Of a stretch of DNA of 64,000 nt, positions 50,655-63,300 are shown piece by piece. Made by a program: the position numbers and the translations under genes. The stretch is from Octopus bimaculoides (Eukaryota). The DNA lies in the NCBI RefSeq assembly GCF_001194135.2, contig NC_068986.1:68709950-68773949 (forward strand), read 5' to 3'. The notes beneath the pieces were generated by a model that made no database searches, was not told where the DNA came from, and worked only from the letters and a program-made list of their open reading frames with translations. Each line of letters begins with the position of its first letter. The first letter of the stretch is position 1.

Positions 50655-52011
50655 CACATGTATGAATGTAAGCATATATATGTATACATTTATACACACA
50701 CACATATCACTGCTTAGTTTATGCATTTTCTTTTCAAGCTGATCTGCAAAACATTGAATAATACCTCAGTCTTATAGAAAACTTTATTTCATACCCTCTT
50801 ATATTTTCCTATTTATATTATTAATGTTCTTTTTTTTTAATTTTTGTTATTATCTATCTTATACCCTCTATCTTATATTTATCTGTTTATATTTTTCTTA
50901 CAATTAATATATTTCTTAATTCTTATAACAATCTCTCGACTAACTTCACCCATCATTCAGATTCCGTGATGTACTTGTCTATTACACTTCATTCATTACA
51001 CAACAGACACTACACTCTTCACAAGAGTGTATTGAATGAACACTTACATGTTTTCATATACAAAATTATAAATATACCAGACACGCACACACATATATAT
51101 TTATATTATACATATACACACACACACACGTATATATATTATATACACACACACATGCATACAATGAATAGATATGGAGGAAGAGAGAAAGAGGGAGGGG
51201 CAGACAGTGTTTGAGTATGTTTTAGATCTATGTAGGTTTTTTTGTGTATAAATGAAACCAAATATTTTTTTTTTGTTTACTGTTATCTGTATTTACTGTG
51301 TTAACAAAGCCAAGTTTTATAATGGAAACATATTAGCAATTAAACATATATATATAACCATCATTAGAGTAGGTCGTCACCATATAGATAAACTATTACG
51401 TAGAATATAGAGACATTCACATCATTACTTTGAAGGAAAACATAACGACCACCAGCAGTGGTAAGCTCGCTGTATCATTAACATGTATAACTTTAAATTA
51501 ATAAAATAAGGCCTCAAACGTACGTATGAAGTTTAAGATTTTTATGCATGTGACTGAGTGGTTGTGATGTCTATCTTTTTCTAGAGTCATTAGCGACTTA
51601 AGAGAAATGATTTAAACTGAGAATGGAAATGAAAAGGATTTTCTGTATCTTTAGTTTAGTCTGCCGCTTCAAATACAGAGGGTGGAATGTCGCATTTTCT
51701 AGCAGAATTTTGCGTCCAATGATTTTTATTTACAAACTGAAAACTTATTTGAAGTTGACTCAAATATCTATCTACGTGTATTTATTAAAGTAATCAGCTC
51801 ATTTTCTCGGTTTAACATATTTATGTGTATGTATCATACAAAACTTCTCGAGTGAACACCAGCATATAAATGAAGGCTACATTGCAGTTGCTTAAAACAA
51901 CGAATCAACTGATGACATGTATTTGGCCTTTGGAGGATTGAGGTGGGAGATAATAAAAAAAAATCAGAATATAATAATGACTCATTTATATCTTCTCAAC
52001 TGGCCTACCTA

Positions 52012-52074
<63 letters not shown>

Positions 52075-53929
52075 GTGTATACACACACGTAACACGAGAA
52101 TTCGGGTAAAATTTCTGAATCACCTGTCGTCATGGGGATTGACACTATAACGAAGACGATTACCAACTGAAAATTGTATTTGACACCCACAAATAACTAG
52201 GGATGACGAAGAAACAAAAAACGACATCCTAGCAATGTGTGTGTGTGTGAGTCAGTTGGAGGGTGTACTGAAATTAAGGCTTGGTTCGCCAAACCTTGCA
52301 GAAAACATACGATATGTATACGTAAACAAAAGTAGGTAACAAATAACAAACGACTTAGTCGCAACAGAAAAAGAACGTGAGTGTTTAGGAGGAAGTTTTA
52401 ATTCACTTTTAAATGTTTTCCCTCCGCATTACAAATTACAAACAAGTCTTCTTGTTAGTTGCTTGATAACTTATTTTCAATACTTATTTCCATAGACGTT
52501 GATGTGCCTTGTATAATGCACATCAACAACTAGTTAAGTATGACGAGAGAGAGAGGTAAAAAGCATTTAACAAATATTTTTCTACAGGTTTATATTAAAT
52601 ATAAATTACTATAATGACACGGGATCATTGAGTTTTTAATCTTGAATACATTTTGATTCGTCAATAGTTTTTTTTTTGTTTTTTGGTGATCGTTAGGCAA
52701 GGATTGAATTCCCAGAAAATTTATTTTTGGAATTACGAATTATAACTATATTCTTTTTTCAGATAACGGATATTAAACCCACCAGGATTCTGTAGTTAAG
52801 TGTGTGTGTGTATTTGGATACACTTGTGTAGAGGAAAGAACATATTCGGACGGAATTAAAGAAAAAAAAGAGGGGCAAGGTTTGAACTGTCTCAACTATC
52901 TACAGCGTTGGTTCAAATAATACAATATATGCAGTACAGTGCTCTCTATAAATTGCAATTAAAAACTTGCCAGAAACTTGTGACGTTTAAATTAGGTAAC
53001 AGTCAGTGGGGAAATACCTCCATCAGCTGATCTTCTAAAACTTTTTATCTTTTTTATGCCCGCCTTAGGATAACCACACCTCCCTCATATTTTCAGCTCA
53101 ATCAACCAACACTTTCGTCTTACATTCTATTCACTTAAAAACAAAAAAAAAAATTTTTTAACTTTAATAAAATCCATCATCGTCCTCTTCACTGTAATAT
53201 TGCTGAAGACTGGGTATTCAGATTCAGTTGTACAAATCCCAACCAGTATTAATTCGCTTTTAGCTATCAGCTTTAAAACGTCGTACAGTAAGTAAAAACG
53301 AATGTTTCTCTACACTACCCCAGAAAATGAAGACATTACGAGCGAATTTGACAACGATCTCAACGATGTTAAAAAAAAAATTGGAAATAATTTAAACTTT
53401 TTTTATATACAGTAGCCAGCAATTTAATTTGAACTGGAGGCCTTTAGATTTTGTAGACAAAACTTAAGGCAACATTAAAATAAAACCTGAAGTAAATAAG
53501 GAAAATTTGTCATTAAAAAACACTAATAACTTGCTAAAAGTTTGTTTTTTTTTTCTGCATTTCTATATCGTCAGTAGAAAAAAGGGATTGTTTGTGTAAA
53601 CTAAGTAGTTGTTAATTACGGGCTCTATGTTATGAGCATTTAGATATCTTTGGGCTGAATAAGAAAAATATCAGAACAATTTACTCTGAATTCGTGATCA
53701 TTCTCCTTTTCTTTCTCGGTATACCAATTATTTTTCTTTGTATACAGAATAAATATATATATATACACACACACGCACATGAGTGTATGTGCGAGCGCGT
53801 GTATTTGTTTACATATATGTGGGGACTAGAATCTAACACACAAAACTACTTTTAAAAAATCCCACTTACATACTTTGAAGAAGTTTTATCTCGTTCTACA
53901 TTTCGCAGTATAAACACATATTTCTTGTG

Positions 53930-54400
53930 TCGCGGGAGAGAGAGAAAAAGAAAGAGAAGAGGAACCGTTAAAGTACTTTATTTACTCACCAAGTCTGTCA
54001 ACCATTTTGAATCAACTGTGCCGTCTGACCGTAACACACGCTTGTTGTGTTTGTTTTCGGTCAACTCCCAAAAGCAGAAGCTGCTTTTCAGCTTTTCTTC
54101 AATGTAATAAATGAAAAGCTCCCGAAAAGATTAATCCTTTGAAAACCGGAAAGAAGATACAATTGTTTAAGATGTTTTTCTTTTCACTATTGACTTAGTT
54201 TCTTCTCTAAATATTTCAGTGTTTTCGATTTTGTTACTTTTACCTAACTAACATACTAAGACGTCGCCTTCGCGCGTTACACTATCAAATGTTTGTGAAT
54301 GAAATGTTTCTAAATTTGACCTCATTGCTTTCGTCACTTCCGTTCCGGTCACGCTCATAACCCTAACCGGGTGATAACGTATTCGAGCGCGCACTAATTC
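53930..54400 (-). promoter_or_regulatory. CpG-rich 5'UTR/promoter region of the minus-strand gene
   Basis: CpG is locally enriched (TTCGCGCG at about 54270, GAGCGCGCAC at about 54385). Tandem ETS-type sites CACTTCCG 54335-54342 and TTCCGG 54343-54348 lie directly upstream of the ATG exon. Confidence 0.55.
53990..54005 (-). CDS. First coding exon (MVDRL + phase-1 G), tentatively PLEKHF/Phafin-2/rush hour family (PH+FYVE protein)
   Basis: The minus strand reads CAAA-ATG GTT GAC AGA CTT G|GTGAGTAAAT, giving a good start context and a consensus donor. MVDRL(V/A) is the conserved N-terminus of PLEKHF2, rush and nematode orthologs, and G fits the first base of V or A. Only five codons support the identity. 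Confidence 0.55.
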
Positions 54401-56323
54401 TCTTCATTGCATTTGGGGTTTATTATAGTTGAAAAATCGATTGAGATAATTTGATACAGTTGTGAAAAATCTCACTACGTACAGACTCTGTCACTCTCTC
54501 ACATCTCACCATTTGCTAACTGTCAAGGCTGCCTCAGATTTAGAGAAGTATATATTTAGAAGCAAATCAAAAACTAAAGCGCAAAGAATAACTTTTTTTT
54601 AGTTGCTCTAAAAATATGAACCAAAAGGTAAAAAAAAAAGACAGATTTCATTTAAAACTAATGTGAAGTTATCATTTGAAAGTAACAACATATGAAAAAC
54701 GAATAACATGCTTGTATTGTAAATAGTTATTATTCACCTTTAAAAATGTTCCATTCTGAGAATACTCATTTGCTTTTATTAGCTAAAACAAGATACCAAC
54801 TTCTTGCATCAGATATATTTTTTATTTTCATTAGTTATTTGTTATATAACAGCTATTTTTATTTTATTTTAGATGCTAAATTCAATTTTTTGTTTGTTTT
54901 TTTCTTTCTATTAGAAAATAGGCAATATTTTTATAAAATAGTATCAGTTGCAGGTGGTATCTAAAATTGAAATTTCAACTCGAATTTTTAAAATTCACTA
55001 AAACTAAAATAAATTTTATTTCTTTAATTTAAAATTTAATTTTAGTGATTTTGATTTGAACTTGAATTCCAACATTAATTAACTTTGCTATTGTTTTCCA
55101 TGTAGATGGCGTTTTTGAATAATTTATTCTTTAAACAGTTCTAGTTTGCAATATAAACCAGAGTAAATTATTGTGGTTATTCCATTACTTTCAAATATGA
55201 AGTTGATGCTTCACTGGTCATGCTCAGAACTGTCTTTTGTACTTACCAAAATAACTGAAATAGTATTTGATTTAGCTTTTTGATGCTCCCTATTAAAACG
55301 TCATTATCGACGTTTTAACGTCCACTTTTCTAAACGTGCGTGGATCGGACGCAATTTGCTAAGCCAATCTTGAAACTCATGGTATCACAAAAATCATACT
55401 TAGTTTACATTCATTTTGAAGGAAATGAGGAATTCTCTAATGTAAGTAAAAGTTCCAATCCCTACTATAGTCCATTTCTGAATCATTATGCAAATATAAC
55501 CCAAATAGCTGTTACGTGGTAGCGGGGCATGCTAGAAATAGCAGGCAAATCTTTCCTTTTCTAGAAAAAGGAGCCGTTTACACGTGATTTCAATGTCACA
55601 TTTCTTGAAAATAACCTAGAAAAGAAAAAAAGACCCACGAAACAAAACTCCCTTAGTGAGAAACTTTGAGGTCCCTACCACCCCTCCCACCTATCTTTTC
55701 AGAAAAAAGTGGCTTGCGGTGGGTTTGAATGCACCTAAAAAAAGTGGAAAAAAATTATTCCACACCAAAGTACGAAATATTTACTGAAGGAATAAAATCT
55801 GTACCTATTATACCTGTATTTTAATTAATTCAAATTAAAGTACCTCATCTTGAAAAGTGGCAAAATTTGGGATAATTCTAGTAACAAATCAAACAGGTAA
55901 GATGCATTAAGAATTTCAGTTTTAGTATTTATCCATAATGTTATTGCTGTCAGGCCCCACTGCTGATATTGGGGGTTACGTTCTATGCCCTGACCAGAGC
56001 ATAGAACAGGGCTTGCCTCTTTGAGCTGGGAAATGAATGGAATGCCTGGTGTGTGTCTTGTTGTGGCTACCCCCTCCTAAAAAATGGGGAATAAGCCTGG
56101 GAATATATACATAATTAAATTTACCTACCCATAAAAGTCAAATTTACTCAGCAGGATCAGCTAAAATTATATAACTATAAACCAGTGGTATATAAAGCAC
56201 CCACTGACAAAATTTCAAATCTGTATGTAAAAAATTTACAAAGTTACAAGCAAATTTTGTGGATACCCCTCTTGAACCTGAATGGTGATGCAAATAGGAA
56301 AAATAGAGCTCAAAACATGAGTG

Positions 56324-56354
<31 letters not shown>

Positions 56355-56356
56355 CA

Positions 56357-57170
56357 TTGCTCACATGTGACCATTGTCCATCTTTATTTTCCTCACATGA
56401 CCATCTTTCTTTTCCTGCACAGACATTCTAAAGACTGAACGTCTTTAATCTCTCTCTCTCTATCTTTTCTCTTTTTTTTCAAAGAAAATATTTCTTCCAG
56501 CATTCATTAACTTTCCCCTCATTCTGGTCTAACAACCCTCCATAAAGTCCAAAGTTTATTTTGAAAGTTATGGGAGCAACTGTCTTCAAAGACACATATT
56601 GTTGTTGATTGCTCGAAATGAGTAGGAGTGACTGTATGGTAAGTAGGTTGCTTACCAACCACGTGGTTCCGGGTTCAGTCCCACTGCGTGGCACCTTGGG
56701 CAAGTGTCTTCTCCTATAGCCTCAGGCCGACCAAAGCCTTGTGAGTGGATTTGGTAGACGGAGACTGTAAAGAAGCCTGTTGTATATATGTATATGTATG
56801 TGTGTGTGTATACGTTTGTGTGTCTGTGTTTGTCCCCCTAACATCGCTTGACAATTGATGCTGGTGTGTTTATGTCCCCATGTGTTTATGTTCGACAAAA
56901 GAGACTGATAGAATAAGTATAAGGCTTACAAAGAATAAAACTTGGGGTCGATTTGCTTGACTAAAGGCAGTGCTCCTGCATGGCCGCAGTCAAATGACTG
57001 AAACAAGTAAAAGAATAAAAGAGATAGAGAGCCGACAACTGATGAAGGGTCGTTCTTTGTATTACTTGTCCTATTTTCAATTTTTTCTCTCGTTGTTTGC
57101 ATATTTAACTTGCTTGTTTTTGTATTTCATGTTGTTTACAGTTGGTGACGTCCTGTATCCATATATGCAT
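56357..57170 (+). repeat. pLTR-like repeat split by a SINE
   Basis: 56357-56620 and 57021-57170 join to match 24970-25420. Confidence 0.65.
56624..57020 (+). mobile_element. SINE family A, near-consensus copy
   Basis: Complete head, microsatellite and tail. Confidence 0.88.
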
Positions 57171-57204
57171 ATATATGTGTGTGTGTGTGTGTGTGTATGC
57201 ATAT

Positions 57205-57480
57205 ATATCATCATCATCACCATCATCGTTTAACGTCCGCTTTCCATGCTAGCAAGGGTTGGACGATTTGACTGAGGACTGGCAAACCAGATGGCTACAC
57301 CCGGCTTGAATCTGATTTGGCAGAGTTTCTACAGCTGGATGCCCTTCCTAATGCCAACCACTCTGAGAGTGTAGTGGGTGCTTTTACGTGCCACCGGCAC
57401 GAAGGCCAGTCAGGCAGTACTGGCAACGGCCACACTCAAAATGGTATATTTTGCATGCCACATGCGCAAGAGACAGTCCA
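57205..57480 (-). mobile_element. (GAT)n-tailed retroelement 3' end
   Basis: (CAT)n CGTTTAACGTCCGCTTTCCATGCTAG..GGATGCCCTTCCTAATGCCAACC. Same family as 18905-19027, 48320-48372 and 60605-60718. Confidence 0.7.
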
Positions 57481-58699
57481 GCTGCACTAAGTGCATATAT
57501 ATATATATATATTTAGAAGAAGCAACAAAGTGATTCAAGGGCCAAGAGTTTCATGCATTAGCACTTAAAAACACACACACACACATGTGTGATATATAGT
57601 ATATTATATTTTAAGAGTTTAATTTTTATAGAAACTTTGAGAGGTATAAAATAAATAATTTTAACCCATGCTAGCATGGAAAGCGGACGTTAAACAATGA
57701 TGATGATGATGAAAACCCTTACATAGAAAAAAAATTTGAAGGTTGCCAATGGGACTCAAACCCACATTTGTGAACATGACAGATGTGTTACCATTATATC
57801 AAAGCAATTCTCTAAATTTTCTCTATCTGTTTTAGGGACGATATTCTTACATTATAAGATTTTTTTGGAAATCCAAACCACATGTGTAGTGAATGTCTTA
57901 ACCACTCTACTATATAGTGTACTGGGTGCAACTATCTCAAAGTAAAAGAATTTACACCCTGCAGAAAGATAGAATGGTCTAAACAGAACAGGGGGAGACA
58001 TGTGGGGTGGAGAGTTGTTGAAGAGGTCACAGGATGTGACGAAAGATTTCAGACAACGGGCATTAAAATGAGAACCATAATAATGCTGAAGTGAAGACCA
58101 AGTATATATATATATACATATAGTGCGTGTGGTTAACTGGCAGAAATATGACCTCCCCAAATATAGCAATATCTGTTTCAGCATATGATTTCATATCTGG
58201 AATTTTGAAAAACAAATATGTAAATGATTTTATTGTGGATGTTGGAAAAATTTGTTGTGATTAATAGTGGGATTTTAGTGCAATGGAGGCTGTATTTATA
58301 AGGCTCAGAAGTATGAGAGATGTGCACAGTGTAGTCTGTTTTAAGTGAGATGTATTTTTATATGTTCTCTCTCAGGTATCCAGCTACCTACCTACTCACA
58401 CAATATGACCCTGTTAAATCCTTCCCCCACCCACCCACTGCTAACTTCTCTCCTCTCAAAATCTTGTGTACTCACCCATCTACCCACCCTTTTCAATCCC
58501 AACTCCACTTTGCTATACACATACCACCCTGTAACTTGGGTATATACCTGCCCTCTCTCTGTCACACTCTCACCATTTTTCTCTCCTCTCTCTCTCTTTC
58601 TCGCTCTCTCACTCTCTCTCTTACCATCTGAGGTAGTCATGTCTCTCTTCTAATGCAAGTCACCTTTTCTATTCCTCAATACTACTCCCCCTCCCCAAC

Positions 58700-58930
58700 T
58701 GAAGGGATCTTGTCCTGCAAGCTACTCGGTGATCTTACTGCTTCTGGTGCCATGTAAAAAGCACACAGTACACTCTGTTAAGTGGTTGGTATTAGGAAAG
58801 ACATCCACTCATAGAAACCATACTAAAACCGACAGCAGAGCTTGGTGCAGTCTTCTGGCTTGCCAGTTTCTGTCAAACCATCCTACCCATAGCAGCATGG
58901 AAAATGGATGTTAAAAGATGACGGTGATGA
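58700..58930 (+). mobile_element. LINE/SINE 3'-end fragment (as 23255-23560)
   Basis: GGATCTTGTCCTGCAAG..GTGGTTGGTATTAGGAAAG..GCATGGAAAATGGATGTTAAA.GATG. Confidence 0.6.
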
Positions 58931-60094
58931 TTTGTTAAAAGGCAGTGGTTTCCATTGGGGGATATGTGGGTGTGACTTTGTAGGCTGATGTGGCTGGTAA
59001 AGATGAGTGTTCGGTTTTGTGGTTAGAGAAAAATAACAAAGGTAATAAAATTGTATGAATAGGTGTTGCAATATGTCAACTGAGCTGACTTGGAATTTTG
59101 TTTTGTAAAATGAATATTCACTGAGGAATGAAAAATTAATTTTTTCTATATAAAAGCAGGGTTTTAACTGAATAGAGTCATTTTTGTGAAGATAATGTTC
59201 AGGGTTTAGAATGTAATTATTTTTAAGCAAATAAACTAGTTTGTGGCATTGAGAACCGAATGATAGGAAGAAGGTAGGTGATGCAGCTGTCTACCCTTGA
59301 TAATTGATAGAGGGAAAAATAGAGAGAGAGAGAGAGACAGAAGAGGCAAAGTAAATGTAGGATGGGAAGTAAATACACAGAGAGTTTGCAGCTAAGGTTA
59401 ATATTTCTCACTAGAGAACTAATTATATATATAACAGTTGAGATATTTAGAGTCACAACCTAAGTCTACATGAAACATCTGAGAAATCCCATACAATGCA
59501 AATATATGAGGAAAATATTCAATTCACTGGTCTAAACAATATTGTTTTCAGAAGTCCATATCTCAGAAAATTTGTAGGCTTTTAGAATTGATCTCAATTA
59601 TTACTATATATATATTTATAAGTTATATATACAAGCATAGTCAGAGAATGAATCAGTCAAGTTGAATTGGAGTTCATTTTGAAAATGATAAATCTATTTC
59701 CTAAAGTTTGATGTCTCAAGAAAATTCAAATATGTTTTAAAGAAATATTCACAGGAGTAGTTGTAGAACTTAAGACTTAAGACACTTACTGTTGGAATAC
59801 AACACATTCCCATGAGTTTGCAGCTGAGGTTATATCTCAAAAGGAAGCTCAAAATAGATTAGGAAGACTATTGAGAAGAACAACACAGGTCTGTGTGAAA
59901 AATATACAACAGAATTAGACAGCTGCCATTGACACTCAAGACATGTGTAAAAAAATATCTAATTCACTGATCTAGATGGTACTGTTCCTAGATGTTTGTC
60001 TTCAGTTGCTTTTGAGAGAACTGACCACATGTGCAGTTGTATCTACTACTTGTCTACACACACGTGTGTGTGTAGACAAGTAGTAAATACAACT

Positions 60095-60344
60095 TTACTT
60101 TTTGTGCCCTTTTAAAGCCTAGCCAGGCTCATGGTTTCCCGGTTTCAAAGGCGTATGCACTCCCCAGCTGGACGGGACGCCAGTCCATCGCAGTGTTACT
60201 CATTTTTGCCAGCTGAGTGGACTGGAGCAACGTGGAATGAAGTGTTTTGCTCAAGAACACAACGCGTCGCGCGGTCCAGGAATCGAAACCACAATATTAC
60301 GATCATGGTGCCGACACCCTAACCACTAAGCCACATGCCTCCAC
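60095..60344 (-). mobile_element. SINE family D, young full copy with 13-bp TSD
   Basis: Minus head GTGGAGGCA.GTGGCTTAGTGGTTAGGGTG..GGTTTCGATTCC, a CORE-like segment and GCGATGGACTGGCGTCCCGTCCAG. TSD AGT(A/G)AATACAACT at 60082-60094 and 60345-60357. Confidence 0.88.
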
Positions 60345-61186
60345 AGTGAATACAACTACCAAAATGTATTCTAACGGAGATTAAAAATTGAAGTACCTTT
60401 TGACTAGTCACCTGACAAGACACATCTGCACCTCTGATGCACCACAACTATTTGTACAGCATCTCACCTGTGAGGCACTGGTGTATGATGGGTTGAAACA
60501 ATCATAGTGGGTAATAAAGAGCCAAGTGAATTCCATTTTCTTTCTCTCATTTTATATATATAGACATATATGCATGCTTATATATATATATATATATATA
60601 TATATTCTGCCAAATCAGACTGGAGCCTGGTGTTGCCATCCGGTTTCACCAGTCCTCAGTCAAATCGTCCAACCCATGCTAGCATGGAAAGCGGACGTTA
60701 AACGATGATGATGATGATATATATATATATATATTGTCATCATCATCAGTTTAATGTACACTTTTCCATGCTTGCATGGTTAGGATGGAGTTACTTGAGG
60801 CAGGTTTTCTATGGCCAGATGCCCTTCCTGTCACCAACCCTCACCTGTTTCCAAGTAAGATAATATTTCTCCATAACCAGACTTGTTTTCAGCAGAATAT
60901 TAGAAATGAATAACACTGTTTGCATGATAGTGACAATCATGATGTGAAGACAAGGAGACACAAGTAGAAGCATGCACACACACACACACACAATGGGCTT
61001 CTTTCAGTTTCTGTCTACCAAATCCACTCACAAGGCTTTGATTGGCTCAGAGTTATAGCAGAAAACACTTTCTCAAAGTATTGCACAGTGGCAATGAACC
61101 CAGGATCATGTGTGGTTGGGAAGCAAACTTTTACTGCACAGCCGCACCTGCACCTGTGTGTGTGTGTGTGTGTGTTTCTATATACA

Positions 61187-61400
61187 TCTTATATATATAA
61201 ATGACAGTTTCTGTCTGTCTGTTACCATCTTGCTGCCCAAACCAGGGAACCAATCTTCACCAAACTTTGTATACATGTTGAACTAACATCCAGTTCGATT
61301 ATAGGCTAACTGGCTGTCAATAAAAATCAATAATGGACTGACTACGGGGTTTGGGCTATTACATAATAAAATGAGAGGGGTGCAAGAGTGTTAGGTTTAG
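61187..61400 (+). mobile_element. Helitron-like 5' end
   Basis: A|TCTTATATATATAAATG..CTGTCTGTCTG..ACCAATCTTCACCAAACTTTG. Confidence 0.4.
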
Positions 61401-61665
61401 GGAAATGTGGCATAATGAGGATGTCTGATATCAAGGAAGAGATAGATACACAGGGGATGTGAGAGACTGACAGAGAGAACAATAGGCAGGGGCGCTTCCA
61501 TATATATAAAAGAGAGTTTGTGTGTGTGTGCGCACGTGCACTCATATCTTTCTTATACATTCAAAAACTGAGTTGCTGATTTTGACGTATGGGATATCAA
61601 AAGATTCAGTAATCGTAAGTCTACCAAATAAACTTTATTTTCATTTACATATTTGCATTACAAAA

Positions 61666-62062
61666 ATGCTGTGTGGTAAGAAGCTTGCTTCCCAATCACA
61701 TGGTTCTGGGTTCAGTCCCTCTACGTGGCACCTTGGGCAAGTGTCTTCTACTATAGCCTTGGGCTAACCAAAGCCTTGTGAATGGGTTTGGTACATGGAA
61801 ACTGTAAGAAACACATCATATATGTGTGTGTGCGTGTGTATGTATGTCTGTATGTATATGTTTGTGTGTCTGTTTGTCCCCCCCACTTTCGCTTGACAAC
61901 TGAAGTTGGTGTGCTTATGTCCCCGTAACTTAGCAGTTTGGCAAAAGATACCAATATAATAAGTACTAGGCTTACAAAGAATAAGTTCCGGGGTTGATTT
62001 GTTTGACTAAAGGCAGTGCTCCAGCATGGCCACAGTCAAATGACTGAAACAAATAAAAGAAT
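61666..62062 (+). mobile_element. SINE family A
   Basis: Head, microsatellite and tail. Confidence 0.85.
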
Positions 62063-62143
62063 AAGTCAACTATTGTAAACATTTTATACCATGATGATAA
62101 TGACAGCGATGTCACATTTTCTATATGAATGTGTACCTTAAAA

Positions 62144-62422
62144 CAGTGCTTCTCAAACTATTTGATGTGGTGTACCGGCAGTTTTTTTTTCCAGTGTTCC
62201 AGTGTGCTTAGTAATATTAATTTATACTGGAAACAATATATATAATGAATATAACAAAAGTTGACAATTTTTTTTATCTTATATTTATTCTGGAAACAAA
62301 TAACACAATATTACATAAGCATTTTATAATGTTTCTTTCTTTTCTGGAAACTCACCACATACCAGCAGCTGATGGCTCGCGGACCAGTGCTGGTTTGCAG
62401 ACCACCACTTTGAGTAGCATTG
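62144..62422. mobile_element. hAT (Charlie-like) MITE with 8-bp TSD
   Basis: CCTTAAAA|CAGTGCTTCTCAAA ... TTTGAGTAGCATTG|CTTTAAAA. The empty site GTACCTTAAAAGACATCC is present in the sister unit at about 63026-63043. Confidence 0.88.
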
Positions 62423-63162
62423 CTTTAAAAGACATCCATCTCTTTATATGTTATGAGGAAATACAGTCATTCTCTCTCACACATACGCGTACACATATAT
62501 CAAAAAAGATGTATGCGTATGTATTTATGTGTGTGTATGAAAGATGTTTGTGTGAGACAGAGAGAGAGACCGAGCAAGTGCCACTTACAAATACATGACA
62601 ACACCCCCTTCACTCACTCACTCTCTCTCCTCTCTTTCTTTCTCATGCACACACACACACACATACGTCCATTTCATATACACGTAGACACATCTTTCAC
62701 TTTATCCGCTCTTTCACTTTCTGCTCTCACTTCAAAGCAAATATTGTGGTTTCACTTTCTCTTCACTTTTAATTTCTGCTCTCTTCAAAGCATAAAACAA
62801 TAAAAAATTTTACGGAAATTAACGAATACATTTGAAAACTGAGTTGCCAATTTTGACCTATGGGTATAAAAAGATTCAGTAATCTTTTGGCTAATGTATA
62901 AACTTTATTTTCATTTACTTATTTGCATCACAAAAATTTAACATTATAATCTTTCTGTAATTCAACTATCCTAAACAACATTTTATGAGACAACGATGAC
63001 AATGTCAAATTTTTTATATGAGTAAGTACCTTAAAAGACATCCATTTCTCTATATGTTATGAGGAAATACAGTGACTCACTTTCTCTCTCACATGCACAT
63101 GCACGCATACATACAAAAAAGATGTATGCATATGTATTTATGTACATGTATATGAAAGATAA

Positions 63163-63196
<34 letters not shown>

Positions 63197-63261
63197 TGTG
63201 TGGGTACCACTTACACATACATGTGAAACAATACATACATGACAACACACACCTTCACTCA

Positions 63262-63300
<39 letters not shown>

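Larger units (their letters stand above)
1..53989 (-). other. Probable very large first intron
   Basis: GTGAGT donor at 53989. The downstream sequence is repeat-filled and I found no PH/FYVE-coding exon by eye. This is an inference. Confidence 0.4.

Noticed and set aside
54358-54368. Telomere-like CCCTAACC (also in family D heads)
   Set aside because: It is a single unit. In the SINEs it is simply the reverse complement of the A-box GGTTAGGG.
55840-55900. Plus-strand donor CAG|GTAAGA suggesting a divergent gene
   Set aside because: The acceptor is weak and I found no linked start or downstream exons.
153-62062. Regularly recurring near-identical blocks resembling a CRISPR array
   Set aside because: They are dispersed SINE copies in both orientations with no constant repeat-spacer period and no cas genes, in eukaryotic DNA.
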